This document shows, piece after piece, positions 37,642 through 50,104 of a stretch of DNA of 64,000 nt. This DNA comes from Octopus sinensis (taxonomy: Eukaryota). The stretch lies in NCBI RefSeq assembly GCF_006345805.1, contig NC_043016.1, positions 11,594,001-11,658,000 of the forward strand. The letters run 5' to 3'. Each line of letters begins with the position of its first letter. Within the stretch, counting starts at the first letter, position 1. Below the pieces are notes generated by a model, which saw nothing but the letters and a program-made list of their open reading frames with translations, searched no databases and was not told the origin of the DNA. The position numbers and the translations under genes were made by a program.

Positions 37642-37884
37642 CATAGTCTGTGTCCATATAGTGTTTGCAAGGGAGGTCATTGCTCCCATTTCCAGCCTTA
37701 TGTGATACTCTTCTCTATACAAGATCAGTGACAGTGTGTCGCTTAAAGTATATATAGTGTTTGCGAATGGAGAAAGTTTTCATCAACAGCCAATGATTGT
37801 CTCACACTGAGGATGGGTAATCACTTAAGGCTGGAGATGGGAGCAATGATCTTCCCTGCAAACACTGTATGGACAGAGACTGTG
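37642..37884. mobile_element. MITE-like element with ~70 bp terminal inverted repeats, superfamily unassigned
   Basis: CATAGTCTGTGTCCATATAGTGTTTGCAAGGGAGGTCATTGCTCCCATTTCCAGCCTTA pairs with TAAGGCTGGAGATGGGAGCAATGATCTTCCCTGCAAACACTGTATGGACAGAGACTGTG. Confidence 0.75.
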
Positions 37885-38014
37885 TGTTAATTGCCAGCTG
37901 GAAAAGATGTTTTTCCTGGGGCTATAACAATAGTAACATCGTCCTTTATAGGACTGACACGTTGTGTTGGCAAATAAACTTTACTATTCAGTACTGTTAC
38001 TGCATATCTATCTC

Positions 38015-38260
38015 TCTCTTTTACTCTTTTACTTGTTTCAGTCATTTGACTGCGGCCATGCTGGAGCACCGCCTTTTAGTCGAGCAAATCGACCCCGGGA
38101 CTTATTCTTTGTAAGCCCAGTACTTATTCTATCGGTCTCTTTTGCCGAACCGCTAATTAACTGGGACATAAACACACCAGCATCGGTTTTCAGTCAAGCA
38201 TGCTAGGGGGACAAACACACACACACACATATATATATATGTGTGTGTGTGCGTGCGTGC

Positions 38261-38316
<56 letters not shown>

Positions 38317-38495
38317 ATATATACACATACATATATACGACAGGCTTCTTTCAGTTTCCGTCTACCAAATCCACTCACAAGGCATTGGTCAGCCCGGGGC
38401 TATAGCAGAAGACACTTGCCCAAGATGCCATGCAGTGGGACTGAACCCGGAACCATGTGGTTGTTTAGCAAGCTACTTACCACACAGCCACTCCT
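38015..38495 (-). mobile_element. SINE family A
   Basis: Full match with an expanded internal (TA)n. Further copies near 39371-39716, 43868-44270, 49005-49380 and 57145-57600. Confidence 0.85.
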
Positions 38496-38828
38496 ATCTA
38501 TCACTGAAAGATTTCAAACGAGTTGTTTTTCTCTATATTTTATTTATTGACTTGTAAAATCTTTGACTTTCTTAGTTTCACTGATTGCAAACACACACAC
38601 AAAAAAAGGAGAAAAACAAGCATGTGTTGATAATATTGGTGTTGGTGGGAGAATGGATGGGTGGGTGGGTGGTTGGGTGGAGGAAAAACTGCCCTACCGA
38701 CACAATAGCCAAGGCGAAAATTAAGACCAAGAACACAGTTGACAAGATACATCATAAAATTTTCAATGGTATTGCAATTCTTGTTTCTGTAAACAATGGG
38801 TATTTTTTTAAATGATAAATGTGCAGCA

Positions 38829-39027
38829 GCAGTAGGAGTAGTAGTAGTAGTAGTAGTAATGGTGGTGGTGGTAGTAGTAGTAATGGTGGTGGTAGTAGTA
38901 GTAGTAGTAATGGTGGTGGTGGTAGTAGTAGTAATGGTGGTGGTAGTAGTAATGGTGGTGGTAGTAGTAATGGTGGTGGTAGTGGTAGTAGTAGTAGTAA
39001 TGGTGGTGGTGGTAGTAGTAGTAGTAT
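38829..39027. repeat. (GTA)n/(GTG)n mosaic trinucleotide repeat
   Basis: Direct inspection; it explains the poly-T/V/S/G ORFs. Confidence 0.9.
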
Positions 39028-40479
39028 GATATATGTTTTTGTTTAATATTACCCTTTTTCTTTTTTCTTTCTGTAAAAACTGACCTACATTTTTTTTTAA
39101 ATAAATTCTTCCTTTTCTGCAATCCTGAATGAATGCTTTTATTTCCACTTCCCATATGAAGTTCCAATTATTAATCAATTTAACTGAATTAAGTTGAGTT
39201 CTTCAAAAACTATTAAACTGGATTGATTGAAGAACGTATCTGTATGAATGTCTCTAAATCCGAGAACTTGGAAGCCAAGGTCATGTGGAAGAATAACAAA
39301 ACCAAAAGCAAGTATTCCAGCAAGAATTGAAAATGTACAGGAACCAAAGTATTGTTCTTTTATGGGACTTGCAGGCATGGCTATGTGGTAAGAAGCTTCC
39401 TTCCCAACCTCATGGTTCTGGATTCAGTTCCACTGTGTGGCGCCTTGGGCTAGTGTCTTCTACTATAGCCTCAGGCTGACCAAAGCCTTGAGTGGATTTG
39501 GTGGATGGAAACTGAAAGAAGCCTGTCATATATATGTATGTGTGTGTTTGTATTTGATGGCATGTTTATGTCCCCATAACTTAGCAGTTTGCAAAAGTGA
39601 TCAATAGAATAATTACTAGGCTTACAAATAAATCCTGGAGTCAGTTTGTTCAACCAAAGACAGGGCTCCAGCATGGCCACAGTCAAATGACTTAAACAAG
39701 TAAAATAACAAAAGAATATATATATAAATATATACATCACGGGTTTCTTTCAGTTTCCATCTATTGACTCCACTGACAAGGTTTAGCAGAAGACATTTGG
39801 CCCAAGGTGCCATACACACAGTAGGACTGAACCCAGAACCATGTGGTTGGGAAGCAAACGTTTTACCACACAGCCACTCCTGCACCTATGCCTCCATTTT
39901 ATTCCTGTGCTTATACTTATTTATTTAGTAACCTCTGCTGAATAAATGGTTACATTGACATCCTTATCACATAAACAGATGATGCAATTTCAGTCACTGC
40001 TTTTCAGGGATATAAACAAACAGAAGCAAACACACACACACACACTAGCCATATATGTGTATATTTGTGTGTGTATGTGTAGGTGCAGCTATGGCTGTAT
40101 GGTTATGAATGAAGCTAGGTTCTGGACCATACAGTTTCTGGTCCTGTCTCGGTGTTGAACATTCGGCAAGTGTCGTCCCCTATAATTCTGATTTAACTGA
40201 AAACTTGTGAGTGAATTTGGTGGATGGAAACTGAAAGACAAAGTGCATGCATGTGTGTGTGTGTCATAGCTATTTGAACCTCTTTTAATCACTTTTTATA
40301 ACTCACATTGGGTCTATTCCTTGATTTACTGGTCTCCATGCATCATTAGAACAACATAAAATGAAGTGTTTTGCTCAATAACACATTCTACTGCCCAGTA
40401 TGGGAATCAAACCCACAATCTAGTGATCATGAATGCAAAACCCTAACCACTAGGCTACACACCCTCACATAATCTAAAA

Positions 40480-40725
40480 CAATGGTTCTCATTCATATTT
40501 TTTTTACCTTTGGCCCCCCCTTTGATTCCTATTTTGCTTAGATAGACTCTCCTAGCCATTTAATGTTTTAAAAACTCCTATTGTGTTTTTTTTATTATTA
40601 AATATTATTAGGAATTGTTTTAAAAAAAAATTGTGAAAATATTTTGTTTCATAGAAAGTATAAGCGGTTTATTGCTCATAAATTTTAACAAAATCTCTTA
40701 CATGGACCCCAATTGAGAACTATTG
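40480..40725. mobile_element. hAT (Charlie-like) MITE
   Basis: CAATGGTTCTCA...TTGAGAACTATTG ends; 8-bp flanks ATCTAAAA and ATCTGAGA match at 6 of 8. Confidence 0.6.
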
Positions 40726-41778
40726 ATCTGAGAGAAGAAAAACAAAACAAAAACAACCATTTGAATAAATCAGAATATCTATTTAAGTTTTTTATTATTG
40801 GAAACATTTTTATATTTTATTTATTATATCTGATGCTTTTTTTAAAAAATTATTTGTTTTTAAACTCAGTATACATTTTAGAAAATATTTTTTTTTTTTA
40901 GATATAGGCATTTTATAAAATAGTTTTTAAAATATTGGCATTTTAGGAAATTTTCCTTAAATATTGGTTTTTCTGAAAATACTCTTTAAATATTAGCAAT
41001 GAAAATATTTAGAAAAATTGTTACATTACACAATGCTCTGTGTGTGTGTGTGTGTGTTTTAGTTTAGTTCATTAAAAATAAAATTTAAATTGTTTTAGTT
41101 GACACTAAAATTTCCGTTTTAAGTCGAAGAATCACACATACACAAATCTGTTGTTCCACCAAAAGCATTGAACTATGGGGCTCAATACAATTGTAGAGTT
41201 TTCTTTAATAGATTATAACAAAAAGGTTTCAATTTCCGATACTCAGAGTTGCTCATTTCCGATCATCAGCTGGAAAACTGAGCCCCTACTTTTCTTTTGA
41301 ACATCCACTGTCTGAATATTTTTTTTGAAATATGAAATGAAAGTCTGAAAAAAAAGCACTTATCTCTATTGTATTCTACAGACAAGAAAGTAATATATAT
41401 ATATATATATACACACACGATGGGCTTCTTTTAGTTTCCGTCTACCAAACCCACTTGGCCTGAGGCTATAGTAGAAGACACTTGCCCAAGGTGTCACACA
41501 GTGCGACTGAACCTGGAACCATATGGTTGGTAAGCAAGCTACTTACCACACAGCCACTACTGCCCATGCTGGGACATTTGTCTTGAAGATTTTTAATGAA
41601 ACTTACCATAGTAGTTAGTTTGTTGGGGTTTTTTTTTTTATTTTCTTTTTAAAGTCTGGTACTTATTTCATTGGTCCCTTAGTGTACTACTTAGTTACAA
41701 GGATGTAAACAAACCAACCCCAGCTGTCAAGCATGGGAATAGTTTGACAAAACAACACACACACACACAATATATATA

Positions 41779-41807
<29 letters not shown>

Positions 41808-41809
<2 letters not shown>

Positions 41810-41975
41810 CTGGAGTAAACGCATAAATGTGAAACAAGGTGGAAAAAAGAGTACTCAAATACCAGGGGTAGAGTAATATGCTTTATTTCAATGCAGCAGA
41901 AATTCAACAAAACCTGTTACTCTGAGATTCACGTTCCCGTTCGTCGGACAGTTTTAACAAAAACTGAAATAAAGT
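41808..41975 (-). mobile_element. Short (TA)n-flanked repeat with a degenerate minimal hammerhead (41914-41951)
   Basis: Minus strand CTGT-CCGACGA-ACG ggaa CGT-GAA-TCTC a GAGT-A-ACAG. Stems I-III pair; two core substitutions. Confidence 0.6.
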
Positions 41976-41986
41976 ATATATATATA

Positions 41987-42030
<44 letters not shown>

Positions 42031-42819
42031 TATACACACACACACACGATGGGCTTCCACAAAGTTTCTGTCTTCCAAATTCATTCACAAGACATTGGGC
42101 ACCATCTTTGTTCTGAAGGGTTAATGAAACCAGTGCGAATCGTAGAATATAACCAAAATGCATATCATATAGTATTCTTGTTGGAAACATTCTAATGAAC
42201 CACCTGAAGCCTGGCTTAAGAATGATTCTTGCAATTTTTTCTCTCATCACAGTTGACACTGATGGAAACGGATTTTTTTCTCTTTCAGCTTTGTCATAAT
42301 GGATCTGATAATACATATGTAGTACAAATGCATGTTTGTGTGCTTGTATTTATTTTCTATGAAGTTGTCTTTCTACTGTCATGGTAACAAATTAAGTGAA
42401 ATAGATAACTGTTTTACAGTTAAATCCTATCTCCCTGCTCTATTATCTCACATTGACGTAAATATATATATTGCAATCGGAGTTCCATTGCTCTTGACTG
42501 CTTCATCTCAGACGAACAATACATGTTGTACCATTTGTCTGTGTGTCATACTGAACGAGAGAGAGAGACAGAGAAAGAGAGGTTCGCCAACTCTTATCAA
42601 ACCATCTGACTTCCGCCTGCTGATATAGAAAATGGTAATCAAACGATGATTTCAAACACAGGCTGAATAATAACAAAATTATATTAATAAATTCTTCGTT
42701 CCATATTCAGTTCCACTGTATGGCACCTTAGACAAGTGTCTTCTACTATAGCCCTGCCCAAATAAAGTCTTATGAATGATTGAATTTGATAGATGGAAAC
42801 TGAGAGAAGCCTGTCATAT

Positions 42820-43032
42820 GAATAGGTCCTGAAAAGTTCCTGGCTTCAACAGTATGGTGAAAGGCCAAGTTGGAGGCCCAACATTCCAAGTTCTACAGGG
42901 CTTTAAAAAAACTGAAGAACTGCTGTAATAAGTGTCTGAATCTGAGAGGGGAATATGTTAGATAAAATAATAATTAACTGGTCCTTTTGTATTTTCTTTT
43001 ACCCAAACCCAGGAACTTTTCAGAACCTCTTT
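42820..43032 (+). mobile_element. mariner-derived non-autonomous element
   Basis: Inverted ends GGTCCTGAAAAGTTCCTGG / CCAGGAACTTTTCAGAACC. Internal NKCLNLRGEYVR-stop resembles a mariner transposase C-terminus. Confidence 0.7.
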
Positions 43033-43176
43033 TATATATGTGTGTGTGTATGTGTCTGTTCCCTACCAATGCTTGACAACTGGTGTTGGTTTGTTTATAT
43101 TTCTGTGACTTAGCAATTTGGCAAAAGAAACAAAAAGATTAAATACCAGATTTTTTTTTAAGCCTGAGTACCTACG

Positions 43177-43425
43177 AGGTGCTGCCCCAGCATGGCCACA
43201 GTGCAATGACTGAAACAAGTAAAAGATAAAAGATATACTGGGATTGATTTGTTCAACTAAAACCCTTCAAGGTGCTGCCCCAGCATGGCCACAGTCCAAT
43301 GACTGAAACAAGTAAAAGATAAAAGGTATACTGGGATTGATTTGTTCAACTAAAACCCTTCAAGGTGCTGCCCCAGCATGGCCACAGTCCAATGACTGAA
43401 ACAAGTTAAAGATAAGATAAAAGAT
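43177..43425 (+). repeat. Three tandem 93-bp copies of a SINE A 3' tail
   Basis: AGGTGCTGCCCCAGCATGGCC starts at 43177, 43270 and 43363. Confidence 0.9.
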
Positions 43426-44360
43426 TGAAGATATTTTCGCAATTAATTGAAACAAGAAGAGTCTACTTCGTCTGAGACATGGTAACAAAAAGCAGTTAAA
43501 CCAATGCAGAAGTTCCTTTTCTTTCTTCTTTTATTTTCTCTGCAGATTTTCTTAACAGAAGACTATGTTTCCACGATATAATTTTCTTTCCTTCTGAGAA
43601 ACAAAGTTAGTTGAATGACAGAACCCCATAGGAACGACGTAAATTACAAAATCAATCAAGTTCTGAAATGAACATGTGTTGTATTGATTTGTATATGACT
43701 GAATTGGGCTGTGGTGGTGGTGGAGGAGAAGGTGGGGTGAGTGGGGGAATAAAGGTTGAAGAAAGTGTTGGCTTGGAGTTTGTGATGATGCCAGCCATTC
43801 CAGTGTAGCAGAAGATACCAAAGTAATGCCAGAGAGAGTAAATAAAAACAATGAGGTTAATTATATATCTTTTACTCTTTTACTTGTTTCAGTCATTTGA
43901 CTGCGGCCATGCTGGAGCACCGCCTTTAATCGAGCAACTCGACCCCGGGACTTATTCTTTTGTAAGCCCAGTACTTATTTTATCGGTCTCTTTTGCCGAA
44001 CCGCTAAGTAACAGGGACATAAACACACCAGCATCAGTTGTCAAGCAATGCTAGGGGGACAAACGCAGACACACAAACATATACACATACATATATATAT
44101 ACATATATACGACGGGCTTCTTTCAGTTTCCGTCTACCAAATCCACTCACAAGGCTTTGGTCGGCCCGAGGCTATAGTAGAAGACACTTGCCCAAGGTGC
44201 CACACAGTGGGACTGAACCTGGAACCATGTGGTTGGTAAACAAGCTACTTACCACACAGCCACTCCTGAGGTTAATTATATATCTTTATATAATGTGTGT
44301 GTAGTGACTGCTTTCTTGTTTAACAGCAGAGTCATTGCTAGAAGGAATCATTCAAATGAG

Positions 44361-44545
44361 TCATTGATAATGCATTGTATGACTCTTGAGTCCTGCCAAA
44401 GACTTGCACATTCTATTGTATAATGCACGACTGTGCTGGCTGGCAGAGGGAACAGATGCCATAGTATGAATTCTTTTGCTATGCCTTTTCAATCCTCCAA
44501 CTGAAAGGCACACCATTCCACATATTGCAAATGTTCTGTTGTCAA
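44361..44545 (-). pseudogene. LINE C-terminal remnant with C2H2-like motifs
   Basis: ICGMVCLSVGGLKRHSKRIH and NRMCKSLAGLKSH resemble RTE-type C-terminal zinc-finger repeats. Confidence 0.45.
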
Positions 44546-44774
44546 CAATAACCATATCACAATTTACACATGCACACATTCATACTTATGCATATGTGTG
44601 TGTGTGTATATATATATCATCATCATCATTTAACGTCTTTTTTCCATGCTGGCATGGGTTGGACAGTTTGACTGAGGACTGGTGAGCCAGAAGGCTGCAC
44701 CAGGCTCAATCTGATCTGGCAAAGTTTCTACAGCTGGATGCCATTCCTAACACCAACCACTCATATATACATAT

Positions 44775-44952
44775 ATATCTGTGTATCTTTCTGTCGAAGA
44801 GCGTAGGCTCGAAATGTAAAAGACTTGTTTTATTTCTATTCCTGAGCGCTATACTAATACAATTGTTTGTTTGTACTCCACCTGCCTTCGTCTTTTGTTT
44901 ATTTTCGTGAACCTGCCTTCGTCTTTTGTTTATTTTCGTAAACCTTCCCGTT
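44775..44952 (+). mobile_element. Second copy of the 12846-13039 repeat, hammerhead motif at 44786-44823
   Basis: TCTTT-CTGTCGA-A-GAGCgtagGCTC-GAAA-TG-TA-AAAGA, identical to the 12938-12975 motif; (TA)-rich flanks. Confidence 0.6.
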
Positions 44953-45694
44953 ATATATATGCATATTTGTATTTATTTATATGTATGTATGTATGTATTG
45001 TATGTATGTATGAACAAAGTATGGGGGGGTTTAGTTCACAGGTGATCTAAATGATTAGGTACGCTAGGCAAGTGCTGTAGTGAACTACTAGGGCTCCAAG
45101 GTTATAGCCGAGATAGTACTTATGGAGTCATTGCAGATTTCCAAAGCAGCAGATATATAGTTGTTGAACAGGACAGCAAACACTATATATGTGTGTTTGT
45201 GTGTACATATGTATATATTTTTGTTTGTTTCTACCATTTGAGCATGACCATACTGGGGCACTGCCTTGAAGAATTTTAGTCGAACAAATGAAGCCCAGTA
45301 TTTATTAGTTTTTAATCTTGGTATTTATTTTATCAGCCTCTTTTGCCAAACTGGTAAGTTACTGGAACATAAACACACAAACACTGACTGTCAAGTAGTT
45401 GTGGCCGACAAGCAGAGACACACACAAATATATATAATATATATATTATATATTCTTTTATTCATTTCCATCATTTGACTGTGGCCACGCTGGAGCACCG
45501 CCTTTAATCAAACACATCGACCCCAGGACTTATTCTATTGGTTCTCTTTTGCCGAACCACTAAATTATAGGGACATAAACACACCAATATAGTTGTTAAG
45601 TGATGGTGGGGGGGCAAGACAGACACAAACATGCACACACCAACACAGACATATATTATATATATATTATTATATATATATATATATATATAAT

Positions 45695-45940
45695 AATAAA
45701 TATTAGGGAATAAATCCAAATTTACAGGGAAAAAATCAGATTTAGGATTAAATCCAATTTTATAGTAAAATATTATAAAATATTATTAGAGACAAAACCA
45801 CTATTTTGCAAAACAAACAAGGAAAGACTTAATCAATACATAAAATTTTAATAAATAGTCAAAAAAACCGCCACTACAATTGTTACTTGTCTTGATCGAC
45901 AATCTTCAGGTGGACTTCCAATTTACAAGTCAGTTTCAAA
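45695..45940 (-). mobile_element. (TA)n-flanked repeat with a minimal hammerhead (45871-45913)
   Basis: Minus strand CCAC-CTGAAGA-TTGTC gatcaa GACAA-GTA-ACAATTGT-A-GTGG. One core substitution (GAA to GTA) and a palindromic stem III. Confidence 0.6.
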
Positions 45941-46249
45941 TTATGAAGTCATATATATATATATATATTCTATCGGCAAGTTTTTGTCGAACCGCTAAGT
46001 GACGGGGAACATCAGTTGTCAAACAATGGTGGGGGTAGACAAATACATAAATACATACACATACATATATTGTCACGATAATACTCAAACTTACATAAAT
46101 CCAAAAGAAGAAGCACACACTAAGATGTAGACCAGTTTCTGTAGAAGATGCTCGTCCAAAGTGCTACACAGTGGGACTGAACCCGGAACAATGTGGTTGA
46201 GAAGCAAGCTTCTTCCAGCACAGTCACACATATGTATATACATACTTGT

Positions 46250-46310
46250 GTATGTATGTGTGTGTATGTATGTATGTATATATAAACACACGGAGATATA
46301 TTTGTTTATT

Positions 46311-46363
<53 letters not shown>

Positions 46364-47240
46364 ACACTAACACACACAGATATATTTGTTTATATATATA
46401 TATATATATATGTGTGTGGTGTATATATGTGTGTGTGTGTGTGTATATATATGTGTGTGTGTGTGTGTATATATATGTGTGTGGTGGTGTATATATATGT
46501 GTGTGTGTATATATATGTGTGTGTGTGTATATATATATGTGTGTATATATATATATGTGTGTATATATATATATATGTGTGTGTGTATATATATATATAT
46601 GTGTGTGTGTGTATATATATATATATGTGTGTGTGTATATATATATATATGTGTGTGTGTGTATATATATATATATGTGTGTGTGTATATATATATATAT
46701 ATGTGTGTGTGTATATATATATATGTGTGTGTGTATATATGTGTGTGTATATATATATATGTGGTGTATATATATATATGTGTGTGTGTATATATATATA
46801 TATATATGTGTTGTGTGTATATATATATTATATATGTGTGTGTGTATATATATATATATATGTGTGTGTGTATATATATATATATATATGGTGTGTGTGT
46901 GTATTATATATATATGTGTGTTGTGTGTATATATATATGTGTGTGGTGTTGTTATTATATATATATATGTGTGTGTGTTATATATTATGTGTGTGTGTGT
47001 GTTATATATATGGTGTGTGTGTGTGTGTATAATTGTGTGTGTGTATATATATATATGTGTGTGTGTGTTATATATATATGTGTGTGGTGTGTAATATTAT
47101 ATGTGTGTGTGTGTGTGTATATATATAGTGGTGTTGTGTATATATATATATATGTGTGTGGTATATATATGTGTGTGTGTGTGTGTATATATATATATGT
47201 GTGTGTGTGTATATATTGGTGTGTGTGTTATATATATATG

Positions 47241-47272
<32 letters not shown>

Positions 47273-47330
47273 GTGTGTGTGTGTGTGTATATATAAACAC
47301 ACACTGATATATGTGTTTATATACATAGAG
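46250..47330. repeat. ~1.1 kb (TA)n/(TG)n mosaic microsatellite
   Basis: Direct inspection. Confidence 0.95.
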
Positions 47331-47944
47331 AGTGAGAGAGAGAGAGAGAGTTTTGTATATCTTCTAATAATCATATTGTTAGTCTACCTCTGCTTTAGCA
47401 AGTGTATGCATGTTATGTTTTGTACGTTACAGAAGGATGAGCAACCGTTGTATTTGCGAACCTAGTCTTTGTTATTGTCACAGCTACTGAACAAATGTTC
47501 AATTCACATGTGTTGTCATGTGGTTGGTTAAACGCCAACACACAGCATTTAAAGGAGACAACAACTGCTTCACTGAATGAATCTCTCTCTCTCTCTCTCT
47601 CTCCTTCCCTCCCTCTCGCTTTCTATTATCTTCTGTTGCTGAATGAATGTAAATTTGATATTCCTATCTCACAATAATATCAAATTGACTTTGTGGCCAT
47701 GTAAATAGAATCGTGTAAAAATAAGTTGAGACTGTGATCTACTTTTGACTTCTGGGTCAAAAGAAAGACATTAACACAGCATTCATCTTCCTTTCTGAAT
47801 AAGCACGCGCACACGCACGCACACACGTTACCTGTGTAAACCTTATGTCTTACATTTTTTCTTCCTGTTTCAGTCATGATGGGACACCAATTTGAAGGAT
47901 TTAGTTATATATCTATATATATATATAGTCAGTTTATTTATCAT

Positions 47945-48662
47945 CATCATCATCATCATTTAGCGTCTGCTTTCCATTCTTGGTTGGACGGTCCAACTGG
48001 GGTCTGGGAAGCCAGGAGGCTGCACCAGGCTCCAGTCTGATCTGGCAATGTTTCTACGGCTGGATGCCCTTCCTAACGCCAACCACTCTGTGAGTGTAGT
48101 GGGTGCTTTTTACGTGCCACCGGAGGCTGGCAATAGCCACGAGCAGATGGTGCTTTTTACGTGCCACCGGCACGGGGGCCAGGCGAGGCTGGCAAACGGC
48201 CACGATAGGATGGTGCTTTTTACATGCCGCTGGCAAACGGCCACGATCGCATGGTGCTTTTTACATGCCACCGGCACGGGGGCCAGGTGAGGCTGGCAAC
48301 GGCCATGAGCAGATGGTGCCTTCGGGTGACTCTGGCAACAGCCACGTTCGGATGGTTCGCTTACGTGCCACCGGCACTGGTATCACGGCTACAATTTCCA
48401 TTGATGTTGATCGATTTTGATTCTGATTTCTCACTTGCCTCAACAGGTCTTCACAAGTAGAGTTTTGTGTCCCAAGAAGGTAAGGTATGCATAAGTGGAC
48501 TGGCTACATCCCATGTAGAGGCCACGAGTTATGGTCTCAATTGTCCTGCCGGGTCTTTTCACGCACAGCATACTTCCATAGGTCTTGGTCTCTAGTCATT
48601 TCCTTGGTGAGACCTAAAGTTTGAAGGTCATGCTTCACCACCTCGTCCCAGGTTTTCCTCTT
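47945..48662 (-). mobile_element. RTE 3' portion with the ORF end and an unexpanded 3' UTR
   Basis: RKTWDEVVKHDLQTLGLTKEMTRDQDLWKYAVREKTRQDN-stop, then one module, about five hairpin subunits and a (GAT)n tail. Confidence 0.85.
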
Positions 48663-50104
48663 CCATATATTATATATATATATATATATATATAGGTAGG
48701 TAGATAGGTATATGTGTGTGTGTCTTTGTGTCTCTGTTTGTTTCCCCATCACCACTTGTCAACTGGTGTTTGTGTGTTTGCATCCCCATAACCTAGCAGT
48801 TCAGCAACAGAGACTGATAGAATAAGTACTAGGCTGGACACTAGCTTAATAACAGCTGTTTTTTTTACTAAATTCTTCATTATTTTCAAGATTAATTGAA
48901 ACAAATATTGTGTATTTCAACACAAATATGACAACAGAATGGGCAATACTTGCACTGTTGTACTAATGACGAGTCCAGAACGGCTGTAGTTCTTTTTGAA
49001 AAGGTATAGGCGCACATGTAGCTGTGGTAAGAAGCTTGCTTCCCAACCACATGGTTCTGGGTTCAGTCTCATTGCATGGCACCATAAGCAAGTACCTTCT
49101 ACTACAACCTTGGGCTGACCGAAGCCTTGTGAGTGGATTTGGTAGATGGAAACTGAAAGAAGCCCATCATATATATATATTTATATATAGGTAGGTATAT
49201 GTGTGTGTCTTTGTGTCTCTGTCCCCCCATCACCACTTGTTAACTGCAAAAGAGACTGATAGAATAAGTACTAGGCATAAAATACATAAGTCCCAGGGTC
49301 AGTTTGCTTAACAAAAAACCCTTCAAGGCAATGCCCCAGCATGGCCGCAGTCTAATGACTAAAAGATAGAAGATAAAACGGGGGCTGTATTGTATTGTTT
49401 TCTGAGGGTCACACTGGTTCTATTTCATTTTGTTTTAATACTATTTAGTCAACTAGTTAACTATCATATTGGTTGGCATTATTTTTTTTTTGTTTGTTTC
49501 TTTTTTAAATGTCTCTAAAAAATCTTCCCAGGTCCAATACTTTTAAGGTTGTACCTATGTAACATTCAAAGTCACACTGATGCCAAATGCTATAATGCAC
49601 TGAAACCATTTTTCTCTTGAATTGGGCTGCATCAAATATGCATATGAGTCTAGATATGGTAATGGTAATTAATTAATTGCTTGATTAATCAGTTGATCCA
49701 TCAATCACTTGGTGATTGATCTAGTGATAAGTCAAACACTTGTTTAATTAATTGATTAATCAGTTAACTAGTTAACTAATTGGTGATTTTATTAGTTAAA
49801 AATGACCCTCCCAAGATATACTTATCACAGAATTTCACATCAAGATTCTTGCAAATCAAATGGAAAAGAAAGATTGTGTGTGTATTTTTCTTTTCTTTTA
49901 GTTTTATTTAAGTTCTTTTTATTTTGTTTTATTTGAGTTATTTAAGTTCTTCTTGAATGAGCTCGCTAACAAAGTGATGAGGCTTTTTTGAATTCTGAGA
50001 ATTCCTTGTGTTTGTAAATATATGGTTGAGTTGGCATGTTGGTTGAATTGTCGATGCTGACACCCAAACGTGTGCATCTATCTATTCACCTAACAAATTT
50101 CAGA

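Noticed and set aside
38540-39178. Poly-Thr, mucin-like ORF
   Set aside because: It is driven by the trinucleotide mosaic; there is no signal peptide or convincing exon structure.
41160-41290. CUGAUGA, GAAA and ACAAUUGUA on the minus strand with a GGGGCUCA/UGAGCCCC stem
   Set aside because: The pieces are not in hammerhead register: stem I is not adjacent to the core and stem II does not form.
41993-42316. ORF with NPF...KPGFRWF, faintly like pogo-type transposases
   Set aside because: The similarity is too short to support a call.
42452-42550. Minus-strand 99-nt exon-like segment with a strong (CT)n acceptor
   Set aside because: Stops occur in all three phases and the acceptor is just a microsatellite.
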